Below are positions 1 through 12,228 of a DNA stretch of 64,000 bases, in pieces. The notes under the pieces were generated by a model that was not told where the DNA came from, ran no database searches, and saw nothing but the letters and a program-made list of their open reading frames with translations. Both the position numbers and the translations under genes were made by a program. The DNA is from Podarcis filfolensis (lineage: Eukaryota), in NCBI GenBank assembly GCA_964270895.1, contig OZ185435.1, one strand, 5' to 3'. Positions within the stretch are counted from its first letter, which is position 1; the number at the start of each line of letters is the position of its first letter.

Positions 1-444
1 AATTTTAAGAAGTTGACTGTGGCCTGAGCTCGAAACTTGAATTAGAGTCCTAAACTGCTGCTGAATCAGTGCAATGTCGTATCTTATTCCTAGTAGGTAT
101 CCTGTACTCTGCTGAGTTTGTTTTTAATTCTACTGTTTCATGTTTATGTTGTACATGGAAGGTGTCAGATCCCATGATGAGCATGGGAGTAGGCTTGGCA
201 CTGCTGTCACTGTTGTCACCCATGTCATGTTCCCCTTTACTACTTGCATGTGACTTGCAGAAGACGTTTGTGCAACTTTTGTACAATTGCTCTCTTTCTC
301 ATTTGGTCTCTAGTGCCATCCTTGCACCTCGTTCTGTCTATGTTTTGACTTGCAATGCAACAGCATATAATGCAGACCTTTTCTGATCTAAAGCTTTAGG
401 ATCCTTTTTTGAATTTACATTCCTCGGTTTTCATAGCTGGACAA

Positions 445-562
445 GCCACTGTAGAGTGGTGTGTTGGACTAGAACCTGGGAAACCAGGGTTCAAATTCCC
501 CACTCAGCTATGAAGCTCACTGGGTGACCTCACTCACTCACTCTGCCTAATCTGCTTTATAG
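445..562 (+). mobile_element. tRNA-derived SINE (decayed), squamate MIR-like family
   Basis: gtgttggactagaacctgggaaaccagggttcaaattccccactcagctatgaagctcactgggtgacct: B-box-like GGTTCAAATTCC followed by the typical body. Confidence 0.65.
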
Positions 563-970
563 GGTGGACTCTCCTTCACTGGAGGTTTTTAAGCAAAAGT
601 TGGGTGCCCATTTGCCATGGATGTTTTAGTTGAGTTTCCTGCATTGCAGAAGGTTGGGCTAGATCAGGGGTCAGCAAACTTTTTCAGCAGGGGGCCAGTC
701 CACTGTCCCTCCGGCCTTGTGGGGGGCTGGACTATATATATTTTTTTGGGGGGGGAGGATGAATTCCTATGCCCCACAAATAACCCAGAGATGCATTTTA
801 AATAAAAGCACATATTCTACTCATGTAAAAACACGCTGATTCCCGGACTGTCTGCGGGCCGGATTTAGGAGGCAATTGGGCCAGATCCGGCCCCCGAGCC
901 TTAGTTTGCCTACCCATGGGCTGGTTGGTTCCTGGGGTCTCTTCTAACTCTACAATTCTACGATTCTGTG
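563..970 (+). mobile_element. CR1 LINE 3' end (5'-truncated), interrupted by a hAT MITE at 665-918
   Basis: ggtggactctccttcactggaggtttttaagc...ttcctgcattgcag...ggctagat [insert] ...cttctaactctacaattctacgattct; the terminal ATTCTRY-type repeats are characteristic of CR1. Confidence 0.85.
665..918 (-). mobile_element. Non-autonomous hAT-type MITE
   Basis: Imperfect TIRs caggggtcagcaaact and agtttgcctacccatg, with a degenerate 8-bp TSD ggctagat/ggctggtt. A homologous copy lies in the opposite orientation at 43724-44046. Confidence 0.85.
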
Positions 971-1635
971 AAATATAGATAGGACGACACAAGCAGAAAG
1001 TAGGATCAGGCAAGGTATACTGTCAAGAACAATGTGTTTCTAGGAAAACAAGAAAAGCGACGATGTTTTCACGTGTGGGGGGCCCTGTTATGAAATACAG
1101 TTCTTAGGCTGAAGTGTTGACTGCTCATACTTCGCACCAGCAGCACAATGTCAAGATATATTGTATGCTGCTTCTGAGCTGATGTCTCTCCAGAGGACGT
1201 TTTAGCCAGGCACTTTCCTGTGGTTTTCGTGCCTCAGTTCATGCCCAAGCATACAGTTCAAAAAGATTTTGTTGCGTTTATTTGTGCATCTGCTGCTGAG
1301 AAGGGAGTTCAAAATACCACTGAGTTCAGATCTTGGTAGTTTGCTGATAGAAAGTAAACAGACTTGCTTCTGTTTGGGCCTTGACAGATTTGAGACACAG
1401 AGCCCGTTCAGCAACTAGGCCACCTACTCCCCACAAACAGAAGAGCTGCCCACCCATAAATGTTATGTGGCTGAACTTTCAGAATTGCTGAGCAGTTGTT
1501 TACACACTGTTTCCAACCTCTTCTGGAAACCTGTCAGAGCCTGGCATGATAGAAATGACTGGATGTTTAGCTGCTTTGAAGAGTATTTATGATAATGATG
1601 GATTTATTTGCCTTGAAGTATAATTTGTAATAAAT

Positions 1636-1990
1636 GGGACGCGGGTGGTGCTGTGGGTTAAACCACAGAGCCTAGGACTTGCTGATCGGAAGGTCGGTGG
1701 TTCGAATCCCCGCGACGGGGTGAGCTCCCGTTGCTCGGTCCCAGCTCCTGCCAACCTAGCAGTTCGAAAGCACGCCAGAGTGCAAGTAGATAAATAGGTA
1801 CCACTCTGGCGGGAAGGTAAACAGCGTTTCCGTGCGCTGCTCTGGTTCGCCAGAAGTGGCTTAGTCATGCTGGCCACATGACCTGGTAGCTGTACACTGG
1901 CTCCCTCGGCCAATAAAGCGAGATGAGCGCAGCAATCCCAGAGTCGGTCACGACTGAACTTAACGGTCAGGGGTCCCTTTACCTTTACCT
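1636..1990 (+). mobile_element. Full-length Sauria SINE
   Basis: gggacgcgggtggtgctgtgggttaaacc head, B-box GGTTCGAATCC, (accttt)n tail, and a 14-bp TSD tataatttgtaata (1619-1632 and 1990-2003). Confidence 0.95.
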
Positions 1991-2321
1991 ATAATTTGTA
2001 ATAGACATACATAAATGAGACAGAAAGGAACTAGGAAATTTACCTTGGGTGAAGATTTCATTTAAAATGCGGTGAATTAAATGTTTTAATTTTGTGTTGC
2101 ATCTTATCTAGTGAAATGTAATTCGTTTGCATATGTATGCAAAATCAAATACGACACATGTCCTAATGTCCTAATACTAGCAGCCTGATTTGAGATGTTT
2201 AATAAATGACAAGATTGGTGTAAATAGATGCATAGGATTGGTTACGTGGTGGGTTACTACACCTAATATTAAAGTGGTTATGCAGAATGGGAGCGACAGA
2301 ATTGAAGTTGCAAGGGAGGAT

Positions 2322-2452
2322 TCATAGAATTGTAGAGTTGGATCCCAAGGGTCATCTAGTCCAACCCCCTGCAATGCAGGAATCTTTTGCCTAATTTGAG
2401 ACTTGAACCCACGACCCTGCGATTAAGAGGCTCATGCTCTGCCAACTGATCA
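2322..2452 (-). mobile_element. SINE with tRNA-Lys(CTT)-derived head and CR1 3' tail
   Basis: Reverse complement tcagttggcagagcatgagcctcttaatcgcagggtcgtgggttcaag resembles tRNA-Lys-CTT and is followed by attcctgcattgcagggggttggactagatga...caactctacaattctatga. Confidence 0.85.
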
Positions 2453-2469
2453 AGCTCATTTGTAAGCCC

Positions 2470-3226
2470 TTTTAGTACCCTTAGGTGCATGCCATCAGGG
2501 GTCTTGGAGATTTGAATTCCTTTAAAGTAGCTTGGTGTTCTCTTACCACTTCTTTTCCCATCTTGGGCTGTAGCTCCCTCCTTGCATCATTTATTGTGTT
2601 TTCACCAGGTTGGGCACTGCTTTCGTTTTGGATGAAGACAGAGGCAAAGCAGATGCTGAGCAGTTCCACTTTTCTCTCTGTCATCCAATAGCATTCCTCT
2701 GTCTTCTCCATGCAGAGGACCTACTACTTGCTTGTTCTTCCTTTTGCTTCAGACATAGCTGAAGAAACCTTTAAAAATTATTTTTAACCTCTCTTTCAAG
2801 CCTGAGTTCATTCTGAGCTTTGGGATGCTTGACCTTCTCCCTGCAACTGTTGGTTACTCTTGCATCCTTTTCCTTTGTGATTTCCACTTTCTTCCATATA
2901 TATATTTTTATACACACCCTTCTTAATCTTAGCTCATCTGTAAGCTCCATACCAGTTTCCTTAGATGCCTCCTACTTTTCTTTTTTGTTGGAATTTTCTG
3001 GTTTGGGGCCTTCAATATTTCACCTTTAAGAAACTCTCATCCATCTTGGACTCCCTTCTCTTTGCATATTTCTGACCAAGGGATCTCACCTAGTAGTTCC
3101 TTCATCTTTTTGAAATCTGCCTTCTTAAAGTCCAGAGTGCATGTCTGACTACACTCTCCTTTCCCTTTCCTCTGTATCATGAAATCCAAGAGGACATGAT
3201 GATCACTTCGTCTCAAGGTTCCCAAT
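2470..3226 (-). mobile_element. CR1 LINE ORF2 internal fragment (decayed)
   Basis: Minus-strand ORFs carry CR1 ORF2 motifs GTLRRSDHHVLLDF, TLDFKKADFKKMKELLGEIPW and RKVELLSICFASVF...LKEFKSP, broken by frameshifts. Confidence 0.9.
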
Positions 3227-4074
3227 ATTTGCCCAGGACATGTCCAGGAATGCGACATCTTGCTAATGTAGAGCTGTGGAGACATTTGCAGAGGACATTG
3301 GTTGTGTATTTCCCTAGTGGGCTCCACACCTGAATGTTAAGATAGGTTGGGGGAAACCAGCTCAGAGGGGTATTTGCAAAGGAGAACTGATAGGTGTGGT
3401 TTAAGCCTCTCCTCCAATTTGCTGTAGTTTGGAACACCGTGTTTTCCAAGATAGCATCTCTCATTTAAACCTGAGTTTAGGATTGCCAGGAACCTGTGGC
3501 AATGCCAGTGCAGTGCTTTCTGATACTTCAAATGGTTTTCACCTTGAGGAGAAGTTGGTTCATACTTTGGTTTCTAGATTCTTAACATGGAGACCTCCAG
3601 AAACCGCAATAGGACTGTGAATGCATTTAGTACTGATTATAACGCAGCCTTACTGCAATAAGTACAGAACTTTTAGTGTTGCCTTGGTTGATATGTCTCA
3701 AAAGTAAATGTCTTAAATATACACCTTAACCATATTGCTGTGGATGAGATGTGAAAATAAAAATAAATGTGTGAATATCCAACAGACTGACACGGATTGC
3801 TTCACATTTTACAACATTGCATCTCCTGACTGCTAGTCTGAAAAAAAGAGATTATATATACATAATGTATATATAACTTTGTACAAAGTTGTAAGCTAGG
3901 AAAGGGAGATACAAATCTTTTAGTTCGGGATCCTCTGCTTTCTGGAGCTTTACATTAACACACTGATGTAATTTGGAGGCAATGAACTGCTTCCAGAGGG
4001 TGAAAAGCTTGTAGAACTCCACCTTTTGTCTTCTTCTAACAAATGCCATAAGGGAGATCATTGTTTTGTTTTGT

Positions 4075-4185
4075 TTTTCATAGGGAAGCGGAGTTTCTGA
4101 GGCAGTGATTTGCTCAAGGCCACCCAGAAAGTGTCTGAACTTGGCCCATCAACACAGTTTTCCAGGTCAAAGTCCAGTACACTGT
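4075..4185 (-). mobile_element. Old SINE remnant
   Basis: gaggcagtgatttgctcaaggccacccag resembles the core of the MIR-like SINE copies at 17570 and 49665. Confidence 0.45.
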
Positions 4186-6251
4186 TTGGACCCCACCAAG
4201 GGCTTTATCGGAAGATTTAAAGCAACCTTGCTTTGCTGTTTTGACCCAACAACATGTAAAAATCTCCAAATTAATATCCTTCAACACTCTCTGTGCTTGC
4301 AGGGTTTGTTATATATGGTTTATATGCTGTGGAGTTGGGTGCCCCAAGGGGAAATCTTGGCCATATTTTGTGAATACAAAAGCTTGAGGTCTTTCTAATA
4401 TAAACTTTCAGAAAATTTGCCTTTGACCTTGGTTGTCTACTGGACTGCAATTTAATACACAGTGACCTTCTCATTCCAACCTTGCGCATAGTTTAAGGTA
4501 AATCAGAGTTTTCCCAAATAAACAATTACATGATCTTTCAGCTTAACAAGAACAATTTCCTGTCTTGATCTTGCACTTAACCTCCCTCCTCCCCTTAAAG
4601 GAACAAAATGCTTCTGTTGTTATAAATTCCTTTTGTTTTTGGATATGATTTATAGTTGCAGGGTTACATGGCCCTGATCATTGTTGCTGGCAATGCTTTA
4701 AAAATTAGTCTCACTTCTGCATAAAACTATTAGCTTTCTTTTAAAATTTAATCTACAGGCTCCTTGTAAAACAGATGGCCGTGTTAGATGTTTAACTGCA
4801 AAAATTGCAAATTAGGAGACTATTTGAATGCTTGGTGTTCTCAGAACTGGACTGGACACATTTGTAATGGAGTTGTTTAGGATGGTTAAGAAATATAATC
4901 ATTCCCTCACTTTGAGATTGTGTGACCTTGGCACCCAATTTACATGTGTCTGCCCTTGATTCCTTAATAGTTTGTGCTTAAAAACATCCCTAAAAATGTT
5001 AAAACAATGCACAATATTTTAGGAGGTCACAGTAGTCTCCAGGGTACTACTACCAGGGATAGGGCATGCCATTTTGTACAGTATTGCAAACGTTGATGCT
5101 TCTTTAGTGCAGCAGGCAGACAGGCAAGTGCTGATGGTTTTAAGACTTGTATGTTAATCTTCATCACAGATTTATTGAACAAAGTGTTCAATGTTTCGGT
5201 GTATTTGAGGCTGTAAATCCCTTCTTCAGGGCAAACCTATTTGCCAAGTGTACCCGGAGTTGATGGTGAAGCTTTTCTATAAGCTGCCCAGAGAACGTGG
5301 CTATCGGATGGCCTTATGAGTATTAAAAAACCAAAACCAAATGAATTGTCCCTTTTATTGGTTTAGATCAATATTCATATTTTGCAATTAGTACATTTCA
5401 TAAAAACACATACTGATTGCTTGCTTTAATAATTAAAAACTTACCTGTTTGCAGCTAGATAGATTCTTTTATACTAGAAGGGAGCAGGATACGAAATACA
5501 CCTTTTGCCCTACAAATGGAGATGCTGCCAGGTTTGGGGGGACCTTGGGTACGTTGTCTCAAGGCCATGTTGACCCCTGTATCCCCCTGATGCTAATTTA
5601 TTGATGCAGTCTAGCAGTAAATTAGAGGAGTGGGTAAAAGGATGAACCAAGCTCTTTCCTTGCCTCTGCTCCTTCTCCATTTGGCTTTCCTTCAACATTA
5701 GCCTGTTTCTCCTTCTCTGTTCCTGGTCTTCTCCTTCCCTTAATTTCAGCGGTCTGGAACCAGCCAATAGTAAAAGCATCTGGCTGTGGTTTTTTTGTAT
5801 GGGGTGGTTGGGAATCAGCACAGCATTTGAACTTAATGTTTTATGTTGAGTTTCTTTGTTTGCCTCAGTGTATAGTTGTTTATGTGACCCTCTAAAATTG
5901 TTTTTTAGAACCGTCATAAGGAAATAATATGAAGATTACAGAGATCTAGATACAATTTTTGACAGGCAGATTTGTCGCGATGCTGACTTTCTAGGCTTTA
6001 AGTGTTTACTAACAGGCAGGAATAAAATATAGTTGCTTTTTTAAAAAATTGGAGGATTGTAGGGTGGAAATTTCCTTGGGACCGGAATTTGCAAAATGAC
6101 ACTATTCTGGCTAGAACAGGGCAGCTGGAAGTTAAGGTATAACTGACATCACAGTGTTCTGAATGTGTGTTAATTCCACAGAGAAATCATATTGTGTTTT
6201 CCTTGGAACAAACAGTCCAAACTTCTATTGAAGGTTATGTTCATATGAAGT

Positions 6252-6365
6252 TTACTCCTTAGCAAGTGAACACAGGATTTCGGCCAAAGCCTCTTAATGT
6301 AACTTCATATGAAGCTCCATTAAGAGGCTTTGGCTGAAATCCTGTGTGCACTTACTAAAGAGTAA
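6252..6365. repeat. 114-bp near-perfect palindrome
   Basis: Centre cttcat|atgaag at 6308/6309; 57-bp arms with about 6 mismatches. Confidence 0.9.
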
Positions 6366-6420
6366 ATCCCATTGAATTTTGTGAGCCTTGCTTCCGAGTA
6401 AACAGGCATAGGCTTTGGCT
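6332..6420. mobile_element. Short (~90 bp) foldback non-autonomous element
   Basis: ggctgaaatcctgtgtgcacttac...cccattgaatt...gagtaaacaggcatagg. Related copies lie at about 34390-34485 and 55935-56010. Confidence 0.6.
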
Positions 6421-6433
6421 GTATGTCTGTGCA

Positions 6434-6435
6434 TT

Positions 6436-6479
<44 letters not shown>
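6434..6479 (+). repeat. (CTTT)n microsatellite
   Basis: Directly visible. Confidence 0.95.
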
Positions 6480-8632
6480 ATGTTGTTAGAACTTTTAACT
6501 AGTTAAATGTTAAAATTGTATCCACTAAAACATGAAGTTCTGCTGCTTTTAGTAGCCAAAGTTGGTCAGTATTATTGTTATTGTAGCTTTTTGTTTGTTT
6601 GTTCGTATTAGCTACATTCCCAATGACTTTCATGCCATTTACGTCACTTTCCTGCTGATGATTTGCAGCAAGGGAGATGAAATGGGCAGCTGTTTTTATC
6701 AAAATCCAGTTATAATCCACCTTTGGAAAAAAGACAGAAAAGCAGGAATTGGTTTGTTTGTTTGTTTGGCCTGATTTTTAGTGTTTTTAGCTGCTAGGTT
6801 TGTTTTGAGTAAAAAATAAAAAAGGATTGCCGAATCAAAAATAAAATGGACTTTCTGCATTCCACTCTTATTTATTTATTTATTCTCACCACTTTTAGGC
6901 TATGATGGCAGAGTGTCCTGGCAGTGTCATCAAGAAAAAATGTCAAGGGGCATTGGTACTGTTGGGGTTGCTTCACGTGAGGGCAGTGATCTGCTTGATT
7001 TACCAGTTGAAAATCTAGACTTTCTGTTAATGAATGGATTTTAAATCACAAAAAAAATTCCAAAGGGTGTTCCATTTCAAGTTTCCGAAGTCCACTTCCC
7101 ATGTTACAGTTTAATGTTTCAGACTAATCTTCGTGTAGAAAAGAAGAGAGTATATGCCATATTATTCAACCCATGGCATGAATAGTTCTTTATGCCATTA
7201 TTGTTTTTTTTAATGCCAAATTCTCTAGTCAGGCATGGAGCTGATACAAGTGTTATTGTAATGTGTATATTACATTTACTGTTATGTATATTTTGGCATT
7301 TTCTAGTAGTTAACCAAAATCCTCACAGTCCTTTGTGAATGCCAACGTCTTTTGTATTTTTAACAAAATGGTGGTTGAGTCGTCCCTCGTTCCCAGAAGA
7401 ATGTTTATTCCTTAACTTGGCTATTTTTAAGCACTTGCATGGTGTTCATCTTTTCTTCCCTGTCTAAATGGTTTAATGAGGGATTATCTTTTGTATACTT
7501 GTTAAAATGAATAATCAGTAGGAGAAAACATTGCAGAAATAAACAAGAAATGGTTGGAGTTTGCTCTGTTTAACTGAGACAAGTTATTTCATCCATTTTC
7601 AGTGTTCCTTAGCAACGCAGAGTAGTCTTACCCAGGGCACTTTCACATCTTTCTTCAAATATAGCTTTGGTAATGTTTTATATGACCTGAAGTTCGTCCA
7701 TCTGTCCTGAAGCTCCCAATGTTTTTCCATTGCTTTCAATGATCAAATGCTCTTACATGCCTCCTTTCAGCTTAATAATGCACAAGTTGACGAGAGAATC
7801 ATTTCACATGTCAGGTTTTTCAAGAGTTCTGGGAAATTACTTGCGGTTGTGTTTAGCAAAGCTAAAAGTTATTGAAAATGTGTTACAATTTCATAATGAA
7901 AGGAGTAAGAAAAATATTAGCTTGGAAACAAGCTAAATATTTTCTGATAGCCCTAGCCTCAAGGGGGATTCTAGGATCGCTTGTAATAAAGGGATAATTT
8001 TGATATCTTTTGGTCAATGGACTAGGACTCTGTTTAGATAATAATTTTTGAAAATGCAGGCTTTATGCAGATTGTTACATTATCAAATTGTTTGAGTGTC
8101 AACACTGAGTTTATTTACAGCTAGTGCTTTCATTGTTTCTTCGTAGATTTAGAAAACTTGTTCTCTTGAGTATTCCTTCTTAACAGATCAAAGGATATCT
8201 AAACACCCAATAATCCTGCTTTCCTCTTCTTGCTTTATGTTTTGCTAATGTTCGTAAAACTGATTCTGCTACTTGCACTTGTGGATCTCTGATTTGACTA
8301 TGGCTAATCTCTACTTATTTAACTGAATAATGAAGTTGTTGCTGGGGTGGGCATGATGTCACACAGATACTGCTTTACATGGTTCTCCAAGGTGGCCATA
8401 TCAACATAGTTGCTACTGCCAATCTTCAAAACTATCTTTAAGCTGACGAAAATAATATTTTCCAGTCTGTGTGGCACACACTAATGTCAGCATGGACATA
8501 ACTCCACCACGGGCATCAGCTTAAAGTGTCCTCCACTTGGCAGCCATTTTGTATGCACTAGCTCTTAATATCTTCCCCTGGTCTATATGTGAAGGAGAAT
8601 GAGATGATGAAGGTCCAAGGTCATAGGCTAAC

Positions 8633-8780
8633 TCCAGGGTGCTGAGGCTCTTCGGACCCCCTCAATCTTTTTTTTGAGGGAGCTGACCCCCGCATTGTTG
8701 AGGCCAACATAGAGCCGGGCGTGGAGCGACGTCAGGACATCGCATCAGGCCCCCTCAGTATTATTTGATGGCGCCTCTGT
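8633..8780. mobile_element. GC/CpG-rich DNA transposon (MITE) fragment
   Basis: Abrupt CpG-rich island in AT-rich DNA, ending ggcgcctctg, which resembles a hAT-type terminus. Confidence 0.4.
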
Positions 8781-9604
8781 CCAAGGTAGTAGTATGAATT
8801 GTACACAGAATCAGTTAATTGTTTTATTGCACCTTGTTTTGTGTACTTGCTATGAAAGAGCAATATACAAGTTCTAACATAAAAATTTCAGGCTTCGACC
8901 ACACAGTTTTTTTTTCCAGAAAGTGATCCTATTTGACTTTAAGGATAGTGTCATGATATGGAGTTTATATGGGGAAAAAACATGTCTGCATATTTATGTT
9001 CATGAGTTTCAAATTGAACTATAGTTTTTTCTTTTTTTAAAAAAATTCCTGTATAGAACTACATGTTTAGCTTCCAGATTGATGCTGTCTTTGCTTTGCA
9101 ATGTCTATGGGAACCATTCACACCTAACTGTTTGATCATGATGGCAGTCTGCTGGGTATATCCTGCAGGGAAGCTGTCCACTTCCTCCTGCCTGTTGCCC
9201 AGCTAGCATCAAATCTCCATATAAGCACTGCTTGCTTAGAAGTAATATTTATTAGTTCGGAAAGATTGGCAAAGATGCCAAGAATCCTGCATCAAGCAAG
9301 GAAGGGATGCATATACTTCATGTCGTTTCCAGATGTTCTTGTTAAATTTTAACCAGCTGTCTTTACCTGATTACAAGTACGTGATTAAGTGGTGAAGGCA
9401 TAACCCATTTTAAGCTCCAGAGTGAAACTTGACTTACTTAGGATTGGCTTGAGCATATGGTGGTACTACTAATTTTTCCTGGGGTTTCACTTTTGTCCAC
9501 TTCTGCAATTCCTGAAACTTCTGTTGATTATGGAATCTCCTATAAGGACTGCTGCAATCTTAGCAGTTGTAGGAATAATGTGTTATGAGTGTGCCACTTC
9601 CTTC

Positions 9605-9686
9605 CTGATCTCAGGAGCTAAGCAGAATTAGGCCTGGTTGGTACTTGGATGGGAGACTGACTGGGAATATTGGGAGCTGTAGGTTT
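9605..9686 (+). pseudogene. 5S rRNA pseudogene (3' ~80 nt, including the internal control region)
   Basis: ctgatctcaggagctaagcagaattaggcctggttggtacttggatgggagactgactgggaatattgggagctgtaggttt aligns by eye to vertebrate 5S rRNA through to its 3' end, with about 13 mismatches in 82 nt. Confidence 0.9.
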
Positions 9687-9691
9687 GGGTC

Positions 9692-9847
9692 GGCCCAGAT
9701 AGCTCTAATGGTTAGAGGGTGATGCTGATAATGCCAAGGTTGCATGTTTGATCCCCGTATGGGGCAGCTGCATATTCCTGCATTGCAAGGGGGTTGACTA
9801 GATGATCCTCAGGGTACCTTCCAACTCTATAATTCTATGATTTTATG
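9692..9847 (+). mobile_element. SINE with tRNA-Ile-derived head and CR1 3' tail
   Basis: The head ggcccagatagctc...tgatgctgataatgccaaggttgcatgtttgatccccgtatggggca resembles tRNA-Ile. The tail is ttcctgcattgcaagggggttgactagatga...ccaactctataattctatga. Confidence 0.9.
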
Positions 9848-12228
9848 AAAGGATGTTTGTGGGTAGGAAACCCTCACTTCCAGACAAGTTCAATAATTGC
9901 CATCTCAGTTTCATGGCCTTAGAAACAAAGGGCTGATTCCTTCAAACTTTCCTATTAGAACCTTTCTGTTCTTTACTGAGTTGTTTCTGTCAATCTTCAC
10001 ATAGCTGGATTAAGATGGGAAACCAGAGACCTCTGTTTAGAAGGGACATATGGAAAGAGCTGTAGGATAGAAAAGGTGTTATTTGGAATGGAACCATACA
10101 GAACATTTCATTCAGAAACTACTGCGTTTAATGCACCAACTGATGTTAGACCTTGCTATTTTTTATTCTGCAATGGGCATTGCTTTGCCTTTCATATAAG
10201 TAAATCCTGTATTTTGTAATTAAATTGTGTATCTTTTAAGGCCAGGAAGTCATATTGTCTTAGATGTTTAAACTGAAGGTATTTTGGTAATGCCTTTATA
10301 GCTGCTGTTTCCAAATGTGGGCTTGAAATGTTAGCAGTAACACTAAGTTTATTTCCTACCTCAAGAAATGAAGGAATTCTCTGGCTGCTCCATTGTTCAA
10401 GACTGCCCAATCTAATCAAATTGAGTTACTAACTGTTGGCTAACTGAATGATCCTAAACACATTTACGTAGAAGTAAGCCTTGTTGAGTTTATTTAGGAT
10501 CACTGCCTGAATATGTCAAAGTTCCTCTTTGAAATTAGGTCCAAACGTTTTTAACGAAAACATGTAACTTATTACTTTCTGGCTTTTAAAGAATTCTGCA
10601 TAATAAATTGGTGATCATACTGTATATGCAGTTAACTCTGCTCTGATTGGGGGAGTGAGCTATATTATTTTTAATACCTTTATTTATTGTGGGGTTTGTG
10701 TTACTGTGAATTACTTTCTAACCCTCCTTGATTATTTAAAATAAGTAATTCATAACCTTTCAAAAATTGATTCCATTTAATGTTTAAACGATGCCAGTTT
10801 CTTGTTTTTAGTAAGATCTATAGTGAGATCACAAAGTGAGGCATGTAGTGTAGGTTCCTTTTTGTTATCTCTTATTTGTTATTTCTTTGTTATTTATTAA
10901 GTGAATTTATTTATACACTGCCCTTCAAGGTTTCCATTCCTAGAATGGCTTGCATTAAAACAATAGGATAACAATTCAAAATGTGACAATAATAATTCAC
11001 AACAAGTGCACGGGGGAGTCTTTGTGCCAGTGCATGGGATTCTGTTGGTGCCTTTGCACTCACTGAAGGGCTTTTGAGACAGTGGGTGCCTCTTGCTATA
11101 GGAAGAGAAAAGGAAATTACTTTGCTGATTCACCCTTCCTCCTGTAGCTACCTAGTCCACTTTCTATCCTCTCTCCCAGCTCTCTAGAGCTGAGTTTTTT
11201 TGGGGGGGAAGAAGGAGAATTGGCAAAAATTCCTTCCCTTTTTCCATTAACAGAGGCATCCACTGGATCAAAAGCCCTCTCATGAGCATGAGAGCATCAG
11301 TCCATTTTCACCCAGCTGATCTATAAATATGGCTGATGATGGCGAGAATGGCCATCTGAGAGAAGAGTGGCTTGTACGGCAGGTCTATTCTATGTCAGAA
11401 ATATTGCATCCTGATTTCAGCGAAGTAGGCAGATGGAGAAGGAGCGACTTCCCAAGCTCCCTTGTTCCTTGTGGACAAAGCTATCCCTTTGTAGCTCCTC
11501 TCAGAACAACATTTTAAAAAAAGGAATAGGGAAAATGTAAACAGGAGACTTTTGGCTTACAGGCCAAGGCACACACACCACACACACGCCTCTGAGGCCT
11601 GCTTCATGCTAAGCAAAGTAACAGATCTTTGTTGCTAAAGGGATTAGGGTTGCAGGGTTTCTGAGGCACCGTTGAGGCATTCAGCTGGCCTGAAGTTGGG
11701 GCTTTGTCAAGAGAGACCTCCATTATAGAACTGTTGCAATTTTAAAGAATTGGGCCGTGTGTCAACAGCAACAACAGAAGCGACTTTTGCTGCTCTGTAG
11801 CTCTGGTGGTCCCTCCAGAGAACTGGGCATGACTTGCTGTGGGCCTGGGAGAGCAGAGTGCCAGCCAGACAAGGCCCAGTCGGAGGCTTGGTGCCCGCTG
11901 TGGGAATTTGGTCCTACACGCAAGTGGCCTTCTCTCCCTGCCTCGCTTGGACGCCGGTTGAAGACTGCAAGCCTGTTGCAGCTGCAGCTTGAAGCACCCT
12001 TTAGTTAAAATTTTTGAACTTTTGAACATAGACACACACACACATTTTTAGTTTGTCTCTATTTTTGATCTTTAACATTAATTCGACTCCAGAGTCTGAC
12101 TCCTGATCTTTTTTGGAATAATATATATGGTTTTTGATATAAATTTGACCCTATAAACATGGCGGATCGTCATGTTTGCTCAGCCAGTACTTAATATTAA
12201 GAATCGCTGTATTGAGTTGTTTGAGGTA

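Noticed and set aside
9605-9686. Functional 5S rRNA gene
   Set aside because: The 5' ~37 nt are missing, divergence is about 16%, and it is not in a tandem array.
9692-9766. Functional tRNA-Ile gene
   Set aside because: The stems and T-loop are mismatched (GTTTGATCC), and the sequence runs directly into a CR1 tail, so it is a SINE head.
11329-11517. ORF MADDGENGHLREEWLVRQ as an alternative GTDC1 start
   Set aside because: The donor is weak (CAG|gtctat) and there is no similarity to any GTDC1 sequence I recognise.
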